A stretch of DNA of 64,000 nt from the human T2T-CHM13v2.0 reference genome, Homo sapiens (GCA_009914755.4 CP068257.2:34240001-34304000); one strand, 5' to 3'. Counted from the stretch's first letter, positions 1 through 16,753 are shown. Program-made: numbers and translations. The notes: generated by a model not told the origin, from the sequence alone.

Positions 1-252
1 GAGTCCAGGAAAGAGATAAGGAGCAGCCCAAGAATGATGCAGGGAGACAGATGATGATAAAGAGAAAGAGCTTTGCACATGGAAAGCACCAGAGTACAGC
101 ATTTACAGAATGTGAAGCTTACATTGCTAAATGAAGCAAGAAGAGAGGCAGGATGATCCCTGAAGCGTCAGTGCTTGCAAATTTCAACTCTGATGAGCTC
201 AACATATGGCACTGAGCATCCACCATGAACGAGGAGATGCCAGCTCATCTAA

Positions 253-544
253 GGCACCAGGCACAGTGGCTCATGCCCATAATCCCAGCACTTTGGGAGG
301 CTGAGGTGGGAAGATCGCTTGAGGCCAGGAGTTTGAGACCAGGCTGGGTAACATGGCAAGACCCTGTGTCTGCAAAAAATTTAAAAATTATCCAGGTGTG
401 ATGGCATGCACCTGTAAGTGCTACTCAGAAGTCTAAAGTGGGAGGGTCCTTTGAGCCCAGGAGTTCGAGGCTACAGTGACCTCTGTTGATGCCACTGCAC
501 TCAGCCTAGGCAACAGAGTGAGACCCATCTCAAAAGAAAAAAAG
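253..544 (+). mobile_element. Alu SINE, full-length with A-tail
   Basis: Starts ggcaccaggcacagtggctcatgcccataatcccagcactttgggaggctgagg. Middle A-rich linker present. Ends ...gagtgagacccatctcaaaagaaaaaaag. Confidence 0.9.
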
Positions 545-2799
545 AGACAGAAGAAACCCAACGGCTCTCACACTTGAATATGTGTCAGAAATACCTGAGG
601 GGTTTATTTAAGTACAGATTCGTGGGCCCACCTCAGAGATTTCGATACAATGGGAGACCCCAGGCACCTGCACACTTCACAAGCACCCAAGGGGTTCTCT
701 GAGGACAGTTAGGAAATCCACTCTTAGAAATACTGTGAAAGTGCTGCCCTTATGTCAAAACTAGGGACTTTTCTTAAAAGTATTTCTCAGAAGTCCCTAG
801 TATCAGCTTCTCTTCCACTCAGAAAAATCCAGGAGACTTCAGGATTGATTTCATCTTCCAAGTGACTTCAACCTTGTAGCCTTCAGTGTCCTCAAAATGG
901 AATCAGCAGTTCTCATTGTTAGAAGAACAACCTGGGTGTTTAAGAAAACATATCTGCAATTTTCTGCTTCCACCCTGCCTCCTGAATCAGGCTCCCAGAG
1001 ACGAAGCCCAGCAATCCAGAAATTTCTGAGGTCTTCCCAGTAGATTCTATGTTTCAGCCAGGTTTGGAAACAACTGAACAGATCATCTCTAATCCAATGT
1101 CAACCCCTAAGAGTCCCTGTATTCAATAAGCACCTGCAAGAGGAATTGTGTTTGGACTGCCAAAATAAGGCCCTAATAAACCTCCCTGTCAAAAAGGAAG
1201 TTTAAGATTCCTTGATGTCAGCAGAGCCTGCAAGAGAAACTTTAGTCCAACTGTGAGTTTTCAGAGTAAATATTATTACAATGATGTAGAATTTTAGCTG
1301 GCCTGATTAATTATGCAGTGGCAGCACTTCAATGGGTTGTGGGCCTAATATAAGCACTCCATTCTGTCATTGTTACTATCAAGTTCAACAGCCTCCTCAA
1401 ATCAGTCAGTGAGGATTTAGCATTGTTGTTACAACAACAAGAGGAACCCAGGGAAGAATGAGTGCTTTCGTCAGCTCTAAAATAGCAAACTTCAGTAAGC
1501 ATATGTTTAAGTCAGTGCCAAACAACAGATTATCTGGCTAATAAGGATTATTAAGGGAAGTGAGATGCCTAATACGGAGCATAAATGGGACTATCGTTTT
1601 AAAAGTCCCATTTCATCAGAGGTAAAGGTGACAGATGGTTGCAGATGTGCAGGCTGCGTCCCCTGCCCTTTTCTTCTCTCCTGCTGTGCTGATCTCTACC
1701 CAGTGCTAGTAATGGCCTGTGTCCTCAGATCAGGCCTTGCTGAAAAAGAAGGGGAATGCAGAGGCAGGGGACACATGGCAGATGTTACTTCCTCTTATGA
1801 TAATCCCAGGGAGGCTACATGGTAGCACGCATCAGCAGGGTTTGCTCACGGATACAGGTGGAGTGAGAAGAAAGGCCTGGGGTGGTCACTGGAGGAAAGG
1901 CAGCTCCTTCGGAGGACATCATGTTAAGTGAAATAAGCCAGGCACAGAAAGATAAATATCCCATGTTCTCACTCATTTGTGGGAACTAAACATTGATTGA
2001 ATTCATGAAGATGGAGAGTAGAAGGATGGTTACCAGAGGCTGGGAAGGGCAATATGGAGGTCGGGGGGAAGTGGGGATGGTTAATGGATACAAAAAGGAG
2101 TTAGAACAAATGAGTAAGACCTAGTATTTGCAAGCACAATAGGGTGAATAGTCACAAATAACTTAATTGTACATTTTTAAATAGCTAAAAGTATAATTGG
2201 ATTATTTGTAACACAAAGATAAATCCTTGAGGGAGTGGATATCCCATTTACCCTGATGTGATTATTACACATTGCATGCCTGTATCAGAACAGCTCATGT
2301 AACCCATAAATACAGGCACCTACAGCTTCCTACAAAACAGGGGAGAATTCCTCTGTTTAAAAACCTCAGTAGGATTCCCAGTGCCTACATAATAAAACCC
2401 AAATTGTTTAGAAAGGTGAGCAAGAGCATTTTCCATCCAGCCTTTGCTCCTACCCACCCTTTCCTTCCCTCACTCCCCCACAGCCCTACATACCCACCAT
2501 TCCAAGAACAGTCAACTTCCACTTTTCACAACTCAGGGCCTTTCTCTGCATGTTCTGCTGTCTCCAGAGCAGCATGCTTCCTGCTCCCTTTCCTCACCTG
2601 GCAAACCTCTCGGGTCGGGAGGCCGTCCTGGATGACTCTAAACAGTTGATCCACCCTTGGTGCTCTGGAGCTTTTTAAAAACTCCTTTAACATTAAATAC
2701 TGTGCTAAATGATTATTTATCTAACTACCCATCCAACTCTTCCACTGGGGCATGAGTTGCTCAAGGCCAAGCCTATGGTAGATTCTCAAAAACATCTGT

Positions 2800-2962
2800 T
2801 GGATGGATAGGAAGAAGGAAGGAAGAGAGGGAGGAAAGAAGGAAGGAAGAGAGGGAGGAAAGAAGGAGGGAGGGAAAGAGGGAGGGAGGGAGGGAAAAGA
2901 GAGGGAGGGAGGAAGGATAGAAAAGGCAGAAAAGGGAAAGGAAAGGAAGGAGGAGAAAGGAG
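2800..2962. repeat. Purine-only (GGAA/GAGG/GGGA)n simple-repeat tract; polypyrimidine on the opposite strand
   Basis: About 160 bp made only of G and A on the + strand (ggaagaaggaaggaagagagggaggaaag...). The ORFs translate to EGR/KEG and LPS/FLP repeats on opposite strands. Confidence 0.9.
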
Positions 2963-5900
2963 ACCCGGACTGGTGTCAGGAGACTGATATTTCTCCATCT
3001 ATTCATACAACAAGCGTTCATTGGAAGTAACTATTAGTTCAAGGCAATGTTCTAGTATACTGAGATAAATAAGACACACCTTTGACCCCCACTTAAGAGC
3101 TCATAAACCAGCAAGGAACAAGTTAGATAAGCAAGCAGATAATTACATTAAACATTATAAAGTCCAATAGCGGTACCTGCAAGGTGCTATGATATCAAAA
3201 AGAATAATCAGCCACACAGCCCAGGGGAATTGAATTGAAAGCTGAATCCTAAAGCACAAGTGGAATTGAAAGCAATTTACATTTTCAGTAGAGGGTCAGG
3301 GTGTGCAAAGGCATGAAAATAAAGGAAACCCTGGACAAATTTTTAAAAAAGAATGCTGAAGGTATGTTAGCTAGCAGGTAGGAGAGGCGAGGCTGGGGCG
3401 AGAAGCAGGGTGTGGCCATGAAGGTGTTTAGAGGAAGTGTGGACCTGAATGTAGCCAGAGAGGACGCTCTGGCTGAAACCCAGGCCTTTGCATGCACCAT
3501 CCCCTCTTGGAGCATTCTCAGGCTCCCCACCAGCCTGATCCTGACATCCTTCAGTTAGAGGTTCCAGGCACCCTACCCTTTCCCATCATGACACTCATCA
3601 AAATTCATTAAACAATTCTTATATCTGGCTGTTCCAGCAAACTGGAAGATTCACCAGGGCAGGCATTGTATCTGTCTTGTTTATCACTGTATCCTATACA
3701 CCTAGAAAGTACCTGCCCTAGAGTGAGCCTTCCACAGATATTGGTTAAATGAATGCAATAAATGCATGCTCTTCTTGGCCAAACCTTTTCATCATGGAAT
3801 CTGTGAAATAATAGAGTCCCACCTGAGGTGGAAACAATCCTGGAAGAGAGCTGATTCTCAGTCAGCCTCTGACACCCAGACACGATGTGCTTCCAGCAAG
3901 ACATGTCAGCTCACCAAGCCTTGGTTTCTTATCTATCAAATGGAGCTATTGGCCTGAACGAACTCTAAGGATGCCTCTAACTCCTAAAGTTGATGATTTG
4001 TACCTGATAGTCGCTCCAGATCCATAGTGTTCTATGGAGAGCAGTTCTTTGGTGATACGAAGATGAAGGAAAGAACTCAGTGCCACTCACTTCCAGGACT
4101 GTGTCCTCATTGAATTTGTCCTGAGGAAAACAGGTGCCAAGTTCCATCTTGACTTTATTAGATGTGAAAACATAGTCAGAGATGAAAGGAAAGGTCACCT
4201 CTCCTGGGCAAATAAACTTTCTTTCAGTAAGTCCCCAGGAGATGGATGTGGAGAGCCCAGGGTTTTCCACTTTGAAGTTTAAAATTCCCAGAAAGAGACA
4301 CTATCCCTAAAGCCAAACCCAGGAGACGGGCTCGAGGTGCCTCCGAAGGCAAAAGCCAGTGGTCTGCTCCATGCCCATGAGATTCAGGGGCTAGAAACAA
4401 ATGAAAGCCATGATTAAAGTAATTTCATCTATGTGTTTCCAGAGACTAATTATATTTATTGCATCTGACACCAGTCAGGGACAGCAAACATCTTTTGTGA
4501 GCCTTACAACAAAAGTTGAAAAGCATTACTCATAATGGCTGATTTTGTTTTATTACATCTGACTCAAAGCCAAAGGTAGACAGCACTTAGAGCTCTCTGT
4601 GGACATTAATGTTTGAATGCAATACAGATAGCTTCCCTCTCTGGCTTCCCACCAGCACCCACACATGCTGCCCTCCTGCTCTCAGTATGTATGCAAGTGG
4701 TTGTGGAATAGAGAGGCAGTGAAATAGCTCCAGAATTTGTCATGCAGCCACCATATCCCAAGCACATTGCTAGGCACTGATCCTCATAGGTCGATAAAAC
4801 AAGAGACCCTGCCCTCTAGGGATGCACTGGGCTGGACAACAGCCCACCAACATTACCCTGTAAGGGCAGTATTATGTGCCATAACACAGATAACGTAAGA
4901 GTGGGATGCGAAAATATCAAGAAGGAAAGAGTGAGCTCTAGTTGGGAAAAATCAGAAAAGGGGGTGGCATATGAAATAAGCCAGCAAAGAAGAGGTTATG
5001 TATTAGGCAGCCACAAATGGGAACTAAATTCTTGGTGCCAAGGACAGCAAGCAAGGTGAGAAACCGAGGAGGGTAGGGCATGTTCAACTAAAGCTTAACA
5101 TGGCATGTGTTCATATGGGGAAATAGCACATGGTGGCACAGGAACGACGAAGCATGTGGCTGATGGCCTTGAACACTACCTGAAGAGTGGGCCTCTGTTT
5201 GAGAGTAAGGAGCATTCATGACCTTGAGCACAGGAGTAAGCTGCAAAGAGCCACACTCTAAGTAGGTTAGTGCAGGAGTGGTGTGAGGTACCCAGGCCGG
5301 CAGGGCTTTTAAGAAATTGCCTTCAATGGCCTGGTTGAGAACCACTGCTCCAGAACACAGTCACGCCTGGTGCTAGGGTCTATAGTATTGCTTCAGTGCT
5401 ACCAAAATGAATATGGTGGGCTTGGTAAGTGTTAATCTGCTGCCTTAAGAACCTATCATAGGTCCATAGATAAATGCAGTTTCAAGCCAGTGCCTTATAA
5501 ACAACCTTTGAAGACAACCCATTTGTGAGTTATATACTGCCTTCCAAATGATGAAGATTTGCTTCATATCTTTAAGGGGTGTTTCCACTTTTAAAGAGAA
5601 CTTGCAATCTATTAGAAAAGATGGCAGAATTTTAGACAAAGGATCCAGAAGCTCCATGCATGAAAGTATTTATGTCTACCTGCTCCCATGACATAAGGAC
5701 AAGAACATAACTCACCATGGAGGTCCCCACTGCTACACAGCAGCCTGTCTATAAGAGCCTTGCACACACACACACAAAGTGGTATGTCTTTAAAATCCAT
5801 AAAATCTTCACAGAGTTAATTTTACTGGAAAATTGTTCTCTCTTTTTAGAACATTAGTCCCTAAGGACAGACTACAGGGAGAAAACACTGTTTTTATAAG

Positions 5901-6248
5901 CTTGCCTAAGAAAATTATTACACCCCAAAGTCCATCATGGTTATGAAATTCCATTGCATCCGTCTCTTGTTTATTTACTTTGAAACCAACATTCTAAATC
6001 TACTTGGGATACTCAATGCAAAATAATACTAGTTCTGTTTATTTTTATTTGGCTTTAAAGGAAAAAAGTAGGGGAAGAAGAGGGATGAGGTCTCAGTTAA
6101 TGATCAAGAAAATATGGCAGAAGTTGACATCTACCTGAGATAAATCAAGATCAAATCTTTGTATCTCTTCTTTGTCAATGGATCCTTTCTTCTTTCCAAG
6201 CAATACATTTATGTCTTTCTAGATTGATAATTAATATCCCATATTAAT

Positions 6249-6553
6249 TAGGCTCATGCCTATAATCCCAGCATTTTGGGAGGCTGAGGCAGGAAGATCA
6301 CTTGAGCCCAGAAGTTGGGGATGAGCCTAAGCAACAAGGGAAAACCCTGGATCTACAAAAAATAAAAAATTAACCAGGCATGGTGGCGCACAACTGTAGT
6401 CCCACCTACTCAGGAGGCTGAGGCAGGAGGATTGCTTGAGCCCAGGAGGTCAAGGCTACAGTGAGCCAAAATCACGTCACTGCACTCCAGCCAGGGTGAG
6501 AGAACAAGACCCCCTGTCTCAAACAAACAAAAAAAAAAAAAAAAAAAAAAAAA
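6249..6553 (+). mobile_element. Alu SINE with ~30-nt poly(A) tail
   Basis: ggctcatgcctataatcccagcattttgggaggctgaggcagg ... cactccagccagggtgagagaacaagaccccctgtctcaaacaaacaaaaaaaaaaaaaaaa. Confidence 0.9.
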
Positions 6554-7489
6554 GACTCAACAGCCACTGGTCAAAGTAGCTCAACCTGAAGATCTCCCTC
6601 TGGTCAAGGATGGGGCAATTTGAACTCTCATAAAGATGAGAATTGCAATGGATTAAAACTGATCAAATAAGTTTAAACCCATGAGTTCATAAAGGTATTT
6701 TTTCAAACCTACTTGATAAACTTTTGAAAGTCAACAGCATTATCTTGAAAACTTAGTAAATACAAGGAAAACGTAAAACATTTATTTTAGATTCCTTATG
6801 AACTAAGCCAGTAAATAACCAACTAGTAGATGAAAGAAAGAATTTTCTAATAAAATCATTACAGCTAATAAATCAAAGCAGAGTGACAGAATCAGAAATC
6901 AACAGTCTGCACCCTGCAGTGAAAGAATGGATCTAGGCAATGTGCATCACATCTGCCAACATCAAAAACAAGGAGCCAACAGGCATGTGAAAGAACACAG
7001 ACTCACCTACAATCCGCCAGCCCAGGAGGCTGAACCTGAGGCTGTTGAAGCTTCTGGATCCAGCTGCCAACTTCTAGGAGGTCAGAAAACCGAGGAGCAT
7101 GTTAACCTGCAACATGAGTGCCCAATCAGCCAAATCCAGATTGAGAACCACTCCGTGGGTCAAACGGCCCAGGTTCTTCAATACATAAACTGTAAGAAAA
7201 ATAGATGGAGGAAAACCTGTAAGCTAAGAGACAGCAGACAGACAGAAAGACATATATAAAATTATGTATTAAAATTTTACACACACACATATAGGCTTTT
7301 TTAATGGGAAAAACTACAGCATTTAGAGCTACGTGTTTTTAATTAATACAAAAAGATGCAAAGGATTTATCAATATAATAGCCAGGATAGTGATTACTTT
7401 GGGCAAAAGCAAGGAAATTTCTAGAGTAACTGACAAAATTCTAGTAAAATAAAATGGTCTAAAAATGAATTTAAAAGTAAAACAATTGT

Positions 7490-8700
<1,211 letters not shown>

Positions 8701-9394
8701 TCAAAAAAGTGAATCCATTACGATTAGGGATACCACATGGTGAAACCCTTATGATAGACATCTACAAAAAGAAATGTCTAGAAGTCTTGAAACTTTCATA
8801 CCAAACCACCAACTCTGAATGGTGGGTGGCACTGAGGGGCCAGGAGTAAGAGGGGGAGGGAACCAGGAGACTCAGTACAGGAGCAGGTTTATGTTTTGCT
8901 CAATATATTTTTGTTCTGTTTGCATTTATACTAGCAACTTTTCATGTATTATTCATATAGATTAAATGACTCAATCAATCTAGGAGTGAGTGAGCTATCA
9001 ATTGCCCAAGCAAGTGAGTGAGTGGGCAAATGAATGGAGAAAGAAAAAAGTATCCCAGTATCATAGGCAGGTCCTAATAGTAAAGTCTTCATAAAATCAT
9101 GTACAGTAAACTACAAAGCAAAAAAACAGATCATGCAAAATCTGATCAACCCAGACATTTTAGAGCCTGTGTATGTGAAGACACTTAAGTCCCTAGTCAC
9201 AGATACAATGAGCTTATATGCTAAAATTTTATAAATGAAAATTTTACAAGGTAACTTGTTGATCGACCAGTCAAATATGAGTTCAGAACCAGATACCATC
9301 TTAAATGATCCCTGTGCCCACCCTAATACCATCCTGCCTGCCCTCCAGGGACCCTCCAATCATGAGACCCTAACTAAGAAGTCTTGCTGCCCAA

Positions 9395-9705
<311 letters not shown>

Positions 9706-9807
9706 AGTCTTACTGCCCCTTTAAATTTCATGACCCCCAGAGTATTTGAAAGCACATTTCTGAATCCACCCAGAATTACTTCTTTACAAACATTCCAAAA
9801 AAAAAAA

Positions 9808-10132
<325 letters not shown>

Positions 10133-10284
10133 TTATCAACCAGTGTCCAAATTCAGAGTAGAGCAGCATTCTTTCAAAATTGAAGCAATTGAAAACAAAA
10201 CAAAAACAACTCTACCTCCAACCAAAAATCATATGTAACTCTGAGAATCCAAGTTTTCAGATGCTTGTTGGAGAGAGAATGTGT

Positions 10285-10440
10285 TGCTTAACTTATCTCA
10301 GCCTCAGTCAGGGTCCTCATCTATAAAATGGGAGGATAAGCATCCCCTGCCTCACTAAGGAGTTATAAGGATTTCACAAAATCCTGGGAAACTCTTAGCA
10401 CATTGCTAGGCACACAGCAAATGCTCAGGAGATGTTTGTT
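10285..10440 (+). mobile_element. MIR (mammalian-wide interspersed repeat) core
   Basis: cttatctcagcctcagtcagggtcctcatctataaaatgggaggataag...cattgctaggcacacagcaaatgctcaggagatgtttgtt matches the MIR consensus (ctcagtttcctcatctgtaaaatggg...gtgcctggcacatagtaagcgctcaataaatg). Confidence 0.75.
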
Positions 10441-10835
10441 GTGGTCTTAATTTTTTTTATTAAGGCATGTTTTAACTGTATTACCTTGGGTAAAGTCTGG
10501 TAAGGCCAGATGCAAAACAGGAGAGATAAACTAGAAAGAGTTTTACAGATTTGCTACTCACAGCCCTGTGGGGAGAATGCAGCGGGTCACACTGGGCCAC
10601 TCTGGGAAGTGTTGGCTACCAGGGTCGACAGAAGGAGAGAGTAGGAACAAGGAAAGCGTCTTCATTGAGAAGAAGCAGGGAGGTGGGGGGGAGTCTGGGT
10701 AAGCAGGCTTAGCATTGGCTAGTCTGAATCATTTCAGTGGACTCCCAGCCATAGGGGCTGTCCTGAGTTACCTGGTATCTGCCCCTGGGATAATTATGGC
10801 AGGTGGATAGTGGCTCCAAGTTTGAGAGGTTAATT

Positions 10836-11210
10836 GTATTAGTCCCTTCTCACCCTGCTGATAAAGACATACCTGAGACTGGGTAATTTATAAAGAAAAA
10901 CAGGTTTAATGGACTCACAGTTCCACGTGACCGGGGAGGCCTCCTGATCATGGCAGAAGGTGAAAGGCACGTCTTACAAGGCTGCGGCAAGAGAGAATGA
11001 GAACCAAGCAAAAGGAGTTTCCCCTCATAAAACCATCAGATCTAATGAGACTGATTCACTACCACAAGAACACTATGAGAACAGTATGAGGAAAACCGCC
11101 CCCATGATTCAATTACCTCCCACCACGTACCTCCCACAACACGTGGGAATTATGGGAGCTACAATTCAAGATGAGATTTGGGTGGGGACACAGAGCCAAA
11201 CCGTATCACT
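10836..11210 (-). mobile_element. ERVL-MaLR LTR (THE1/MST family), minus orientation
   Basis: Reverse complement of the THE1 consensus: ...tgtattagtcccttctcaccctgctgataaagacatacctgagactgggtaatttataaag ... ccccatgattcaattacctcccac...gtgggaattatgggagctacaattcaagatgagatttgggtggggacacagagccaaaccgtatca. Confidence 0.8.
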
Positions 11211-11599
11211 AATACAAGAGGTAGCTGGGAATACTGACGTCATCAGCTGCTCAAAAAGGGGAACTGACAGCTTCTAGCCAAGTCCTCAAAACTGGGCCAA
11301 AGCAGCATTATAAAAACTATATTACAAGGTAAAAGTCACACTACATAAAATCAGCCATTTTAAAATAAAACATTCAATGGCATTTAGTATACTCACAATG
11401 TTGTGCAACCAGCCACCACCTCTGTCTAGTTCCAAAACACTGTCATCATCCCAAAAGAAACTCTGGACTCATAAAGCAGTTACTCTCCATTCTCCCACTG
11501 CTACCACCTCGTTTCCAGTCCTGCCAGATCCTGGCAATGACCAATCTGCCTTCTGTCTCTATGGGCTTACCTATTCCAGATATATGATATAAATTTAAT

Positions 11600-12000
11600 C
11601 ATACAAAGTGTGACTATCATGGGCTGAATTACGCCTCCCTAAAATTCACATGTTGAAGCTCTCAATTCCCAATGAGACCATATTTGGAGATGGGGCTTTT
11701 TAAGAGGTAATTAAGGTTACATGAGATCATAAGGGTGGGGCCCTAATCCCATAGGAGTGGTGTCCTTATCAGAAGAGGAACACACGCCAGGGATGTGAGT
11801 GCACAGAGGAAAGGCCGTGTGAGGACACAACAAGAAGGCAGCCATCTGCACGCCAAGGAGAAAAGCCTTGGGAGAAAACTAACCTGCCAACACCTTGATC
11901 TTAAACTACTAGCTTCTAGAACTGGGAGAAATCAATTTCTGTTCTTCAAGCTGCCCAGTCTGTGATATTTCACAATGGCAGCCTGAGCAGATTAACACAG
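11600..12000 (+). mobile_element. Old interspersed repeat (MaLR/MER-type; same family as 38.2-38.9 kb)
   Basis: Characteristic motifs gggtggggccctaatcc...gaggacacaacaagaaggcagccatctgcacgccaaggagaaaagcc...ctgccaacaccttgatcttaaactactagcttctagaactgggagaaatcaatttctgttcttcaagctgcccagtctgtgatatttcac. Family name not resolved by eye. Confidence 0.45.
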
Positions 12001-13230
12001 TGGCTTTTTGTGTCACATAGCATAAAGTTTTCAATGCATTGTAGGAGGTGTCAGTACTTCATTCCTTTTTAATGGCTGAATAATATTCCATTATATGTAT
12101 ATACCACAATTTTTTTACCCATTCATCCATTAATGGATATTTGGGTTATTTCTGCCTTTTGGGTATTGTGAATAATGCTGCCATAAACATTCATGTCCAT
12201 CCATTTGTTTGAGTAACTGTTTTCAATTCTTTTAAGTACATAGGAATGAAATTGCTGGGCCTTATGGTAATTCTATATTTAACTTTTCAGGAACCAGCAA
12301 ACTCGTTATTTTTAAAGTATTCACTTCAGTGCCTATCACGTACAGGCCCTGTTTCACAGAGTGGGTGGAAATATCTATGAGCCATCATCCCTGCCCTACT
12401 GCCTCTGCAGGTTCTGTCTGTGAGAACCATTCCTCCAAAAGAAAAGCAGTAGCTATAATTTTCCATGGGATCTTAGTTTTATTCAAAATGAGTACCTGGG
12501 CAAACTCATGACAATTGAACCTCAAATGTCAAAGTAGCCTTTGTTTTCCAAATATTTATATTTCAAATGTTTATGGGCAAATAGACCTATTCTCTTAATT
12601 AATGCTGATATCCTCTAAGTAGGCCAAACTTGACCTTCTATAGCATCAAATAAAATATATTTCTAGGCCTCCGATCATACACATCCATGCATGAATGGAT
12701 ACAAAATGGCAGAAAGGTCAGAGAGACAAAGACTGCCAAACTGGAGAGGGATCGATTAACAGAGTTCGCAGAAACACGGACAGGAAGAAAACATAGCAGA
12801 CCTCAGAGAACCTAAGCCAGGGCAGAGATTCAAAGAGGAGAACAACACAAGAATGCCAGGATGCAGAGAGGATCTACCAGTTTTGGAAGGAGGCAGGGTT
12901 AAGAGATGAGAGAGGAATGTTAGTTTCATGCCCTTGCCAATATCTTTCATAGCTAATTACACCCTGACAACCTATAAATTCCTCTAATAGTTTTCACTGG
13001 AGAAACTATTCTTCTACCCACTCCTACAAATATGAAGCAGGGTCGCTGGTCCAGACTAGCTTCCAGAATCACCCAAGTGGTGCTGATTATCAGTGGTGGG
13101 TGTGGACAACGGAGAAAACAAGAAGGCATTTTTCTGAGAGCGCTTGTGGCAAAAATCACCTTGTATGGTAAATACCAGATTCCACACATCAAGTGTCCTT
13201 ATTTCCTAACTGAAAGAAATAACTAAGGAG

Positions 13231-13310
13231 TTTCTCTCTTTCTTGCTCTCTTCTCTTCTCTCTCTCTCTCTCTCTCCTCTTCTTACTCTCCCCACTCTCC
13301 CCAACCCCTG
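13231..13310. repeat. (CT)n / CT-rich microsatellite
   Basis: tttctctctttcttgctctcttctcttctctctctctctctctcctcttcttactctcc. Confidence 0.9.
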
Positions 13311-15662
13311 ACCTGAAGATCCACACAATAGCTAACCTCTCTAACCAATCAACTCTCAAAGTCTATTTTTCAGAGACATGGGATTTCTCTTTCTCACCAT
13401 GGAAGGGTTCGGATTCCACATATGTCACCTAGGAGACAAAAATTGAGTGTTTCAGAGAAAACAAGCTCACTCGTCTCCAACCAGCACTTTCTCTCATGGT
13501 TCCAGATGAAGACCATAATATTAAGCATTTCTACGGTACCTTTCGTCTTCCAGTACTTTTCACACACAGTTCAGGAAAGGAGGGAGCAGTGGTAGGCTGA
13601 CACATCACCTCCAAAACCCTAGACCACTGTTTTTCAGGTGGCTAGTCTATATCGCGACTGTTTAAATAAAGCAGAAACCAGATAAAAGCTCATTCAAAGG
13701 GACCAGTTATAGAAAGAGAGTGAACTATCTAGGGGCAAAAGAAAGTAATAAAATGTTCAAGTCCCCAAACATAAGGTTCATCTCTGCTAAGGGTGACTGA
13801 CTGTGGAGTCAGGCACGCCTGTTTCAAATTCTTATCCTGCCACTTACTACCTCCATATCCTCTGAAAGCATTAATATTCTCATTGGGGAAAAAAATGGGA
13901 GAAATTACCTACAAAATAGGTTTAAGTGAATTAACGTCTAGCCTAATGATCAGTAATGGTGGTGGTAGTAATAATAATATGCCACACATCAATGACCCAA
14001 GTTTTAGAGTATAATTTATTATGTTATAGAGCTAAATTTTTCTAAAATATTAAATAGTTTGAAGACCCTTGAAAGTGTTGAAAAAGTAATGTGTTTTCAC
14101 TTTTGAGAAATTTGCAGGTTGGTTTTTTAATGGTTTTAAAGCCTCTGCAGCTGACAGCAGGGCATTATTCATGCAGCACCAGTGGGTAAACCTAGGCCCT
14201 TCCATGCTTGTGTAAGGATATCTGGGTGTGAGAGATGTACCATGTTATAACCATACAGGCTTCTTCTCCAATCCATCACCATGTTCACCGCCACTATTTC
14301 CTTTCTGGGCAAAGACTTGGAGGTGGCATCATTTGTAGAAGGAATTTCTCCAGGGCACAGAAAGACTTCCCAAGAAGTACTGATTTAAGGCTGAAAGTTG
14401 TTAGTAACTTCTATGAGTGAAGACAGGAGTGAAGAATGTGGAGGCTTACAATTGCTTTCTCATCAACAGATAACTTAGACATGTGAAATAATTTTTTTAC
14501 CTTGTAGATTTGGGACAACATCTTCCCTTGAATACAACTAATCAAACTGGGCTTGCTAGGAGAATTTTGAACGTCCAACTGCATGTTCACTGATGGCTTT
14601 AAAATCCATATCTCCAGCACAGATCTTGCCTATGAACTCCCAAACCATCAATTCCACCTGGACATCTCAAATTCCACATGTCCAAGTCTGACCTTATCAT
14701 CTCCTTCTCAAATCTCAGCCCTTCTTCCCCACCTCCTTTGAATCTCTCTCAGTGCATCTTCCTGGATCTGGTCTCACTGGGTAGAAACTGAGGGGTCATT
14801 CTTGGCACCATTTTCTCCATCTCTGCAACACACATGAAAGGCAACCCATCACCGACTCTTGTCCATCTGCACTGCAAATAACCATCAGGTCTCACTGCTT
14901 TTCTCCAATTCCATGGCCACCAACCTACAGACCCAGGAGACCAATATTTATTGCATGAACTAGCCCTCCAGCATCTGCCTTGGCCCTGTCCTATTCTCTT
15001 CCTCACAGTGACCAGAATAATCTTCTCAAAGTTCTACCTTAAAACCCATCTGGACTTCCCACTGTCCATGAGTAAAGGAGAAAATCCTGAGCATGGCCTT
15101 CTCCTTTACCATGCTCATCATGCTCTGACCTCACAGACTTCCCCACCCTGAGCTCCAGCCAGAGAACTTCAGTTATACACCCGCTCATGCCAAAGGGTAT
15201 TTACTCATCCATGTTCTTCCCCTCTCAGAGGCTCTCTTTCTCCTAACTCCCTCTTCCATCTGAACAATTCCTACTTTCCCTTCAAATCTTCATGTAAAAA
15301 TCACTTCCCAAAAAAACTCTCTTGGTCAGGTTCGTTGGTTCCATATGGTCCCATGTGCTCATGGAACTGTATCTCTTTCTTTCATTGCTCTCCTTTCAGT
15401 CCACTTTGATTCCCTCACCGTTGTGCCCATGTGTCACTGTGTGTCCCCTGCTAGACTGTAAGGTCAGTAAGAGCAGGGACTATGTCTGGTTTGCCCACCA
15501 TTATAACCTCACTGCCAAGCCCAGTGCCTGGTAAAAAGAAGGCACTTGGTGAAAATAGATGTTGAATGAATGAATGAGTGAACGAATGTAAAGAGGTATA
15601 TGACACATCTAATAGGAGGATGGGGGAATTTGAGTGTAACCTTAAAAAGAGTTCTTCTATAA

Positions 15663-15828
15663 GGCCGGGTACAGTGACATGCACCTGTAGTCACTGCTCA
15701 AGAAACTGAGGCAGGAGGATGGCTAGAGCCCAGGAGACGCAGGCTGTGGTGTACTATGATCATGCCCACGGACAGGACTATACTCCAACCTGGGCAACAT
15801 AGCCAGACCCCATCTATTTTTTAAAAAA
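15663..15828 (+). mobile_element. Partial Alu (monomer-length, FLAM/FRAM-like or truncated Alu)
   Basis: ggccgggtacagtgacatgcacctgtagtcactgctcaagaaactgaggcaggaggatggctagagcccaggag...ctccaacctgggcaacatagccagaccccatctattttttaaaaaa. Confidence 0.6.
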
Positions 15829-16125
15829 GGTTCTGTAGGACAAAATCTCAGAGCATGGCAAAGGAAGGGCAGAAGGGATATTGTTTCCCAGGAAAATACT
15901 ACAGCAAATTTGTAGGAAGAAAGGGTGCAAACACTTGGGTATCCTCCCCTCATGTCACCCCTTGGAATCTCAGCTTTCCGACGGAGCAAGTAGGGGTGGA
16001 AGTGCTTGGAAGAAAAGAGGAAAATGTTGCAAAACATTCTAAAGCTATCAGGACAAAATGTATACGTGCCAGAGAACATGAGGTAGAAATTGTACTTATC
16101 TATAGTTTTAGAAAATGAGCAAGGA

Positions 16126-16753
<628 letters not shown>

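Noticed and set aside
3977-4270. 97-aa minus-strand ORF in non-repeat sequence as a possible host exon
   Set aside because: No recognisable protein similarity, and no supporting splice-site or polypyrimidine context that I could verify by eye. It cannot be supported from sequence alone.
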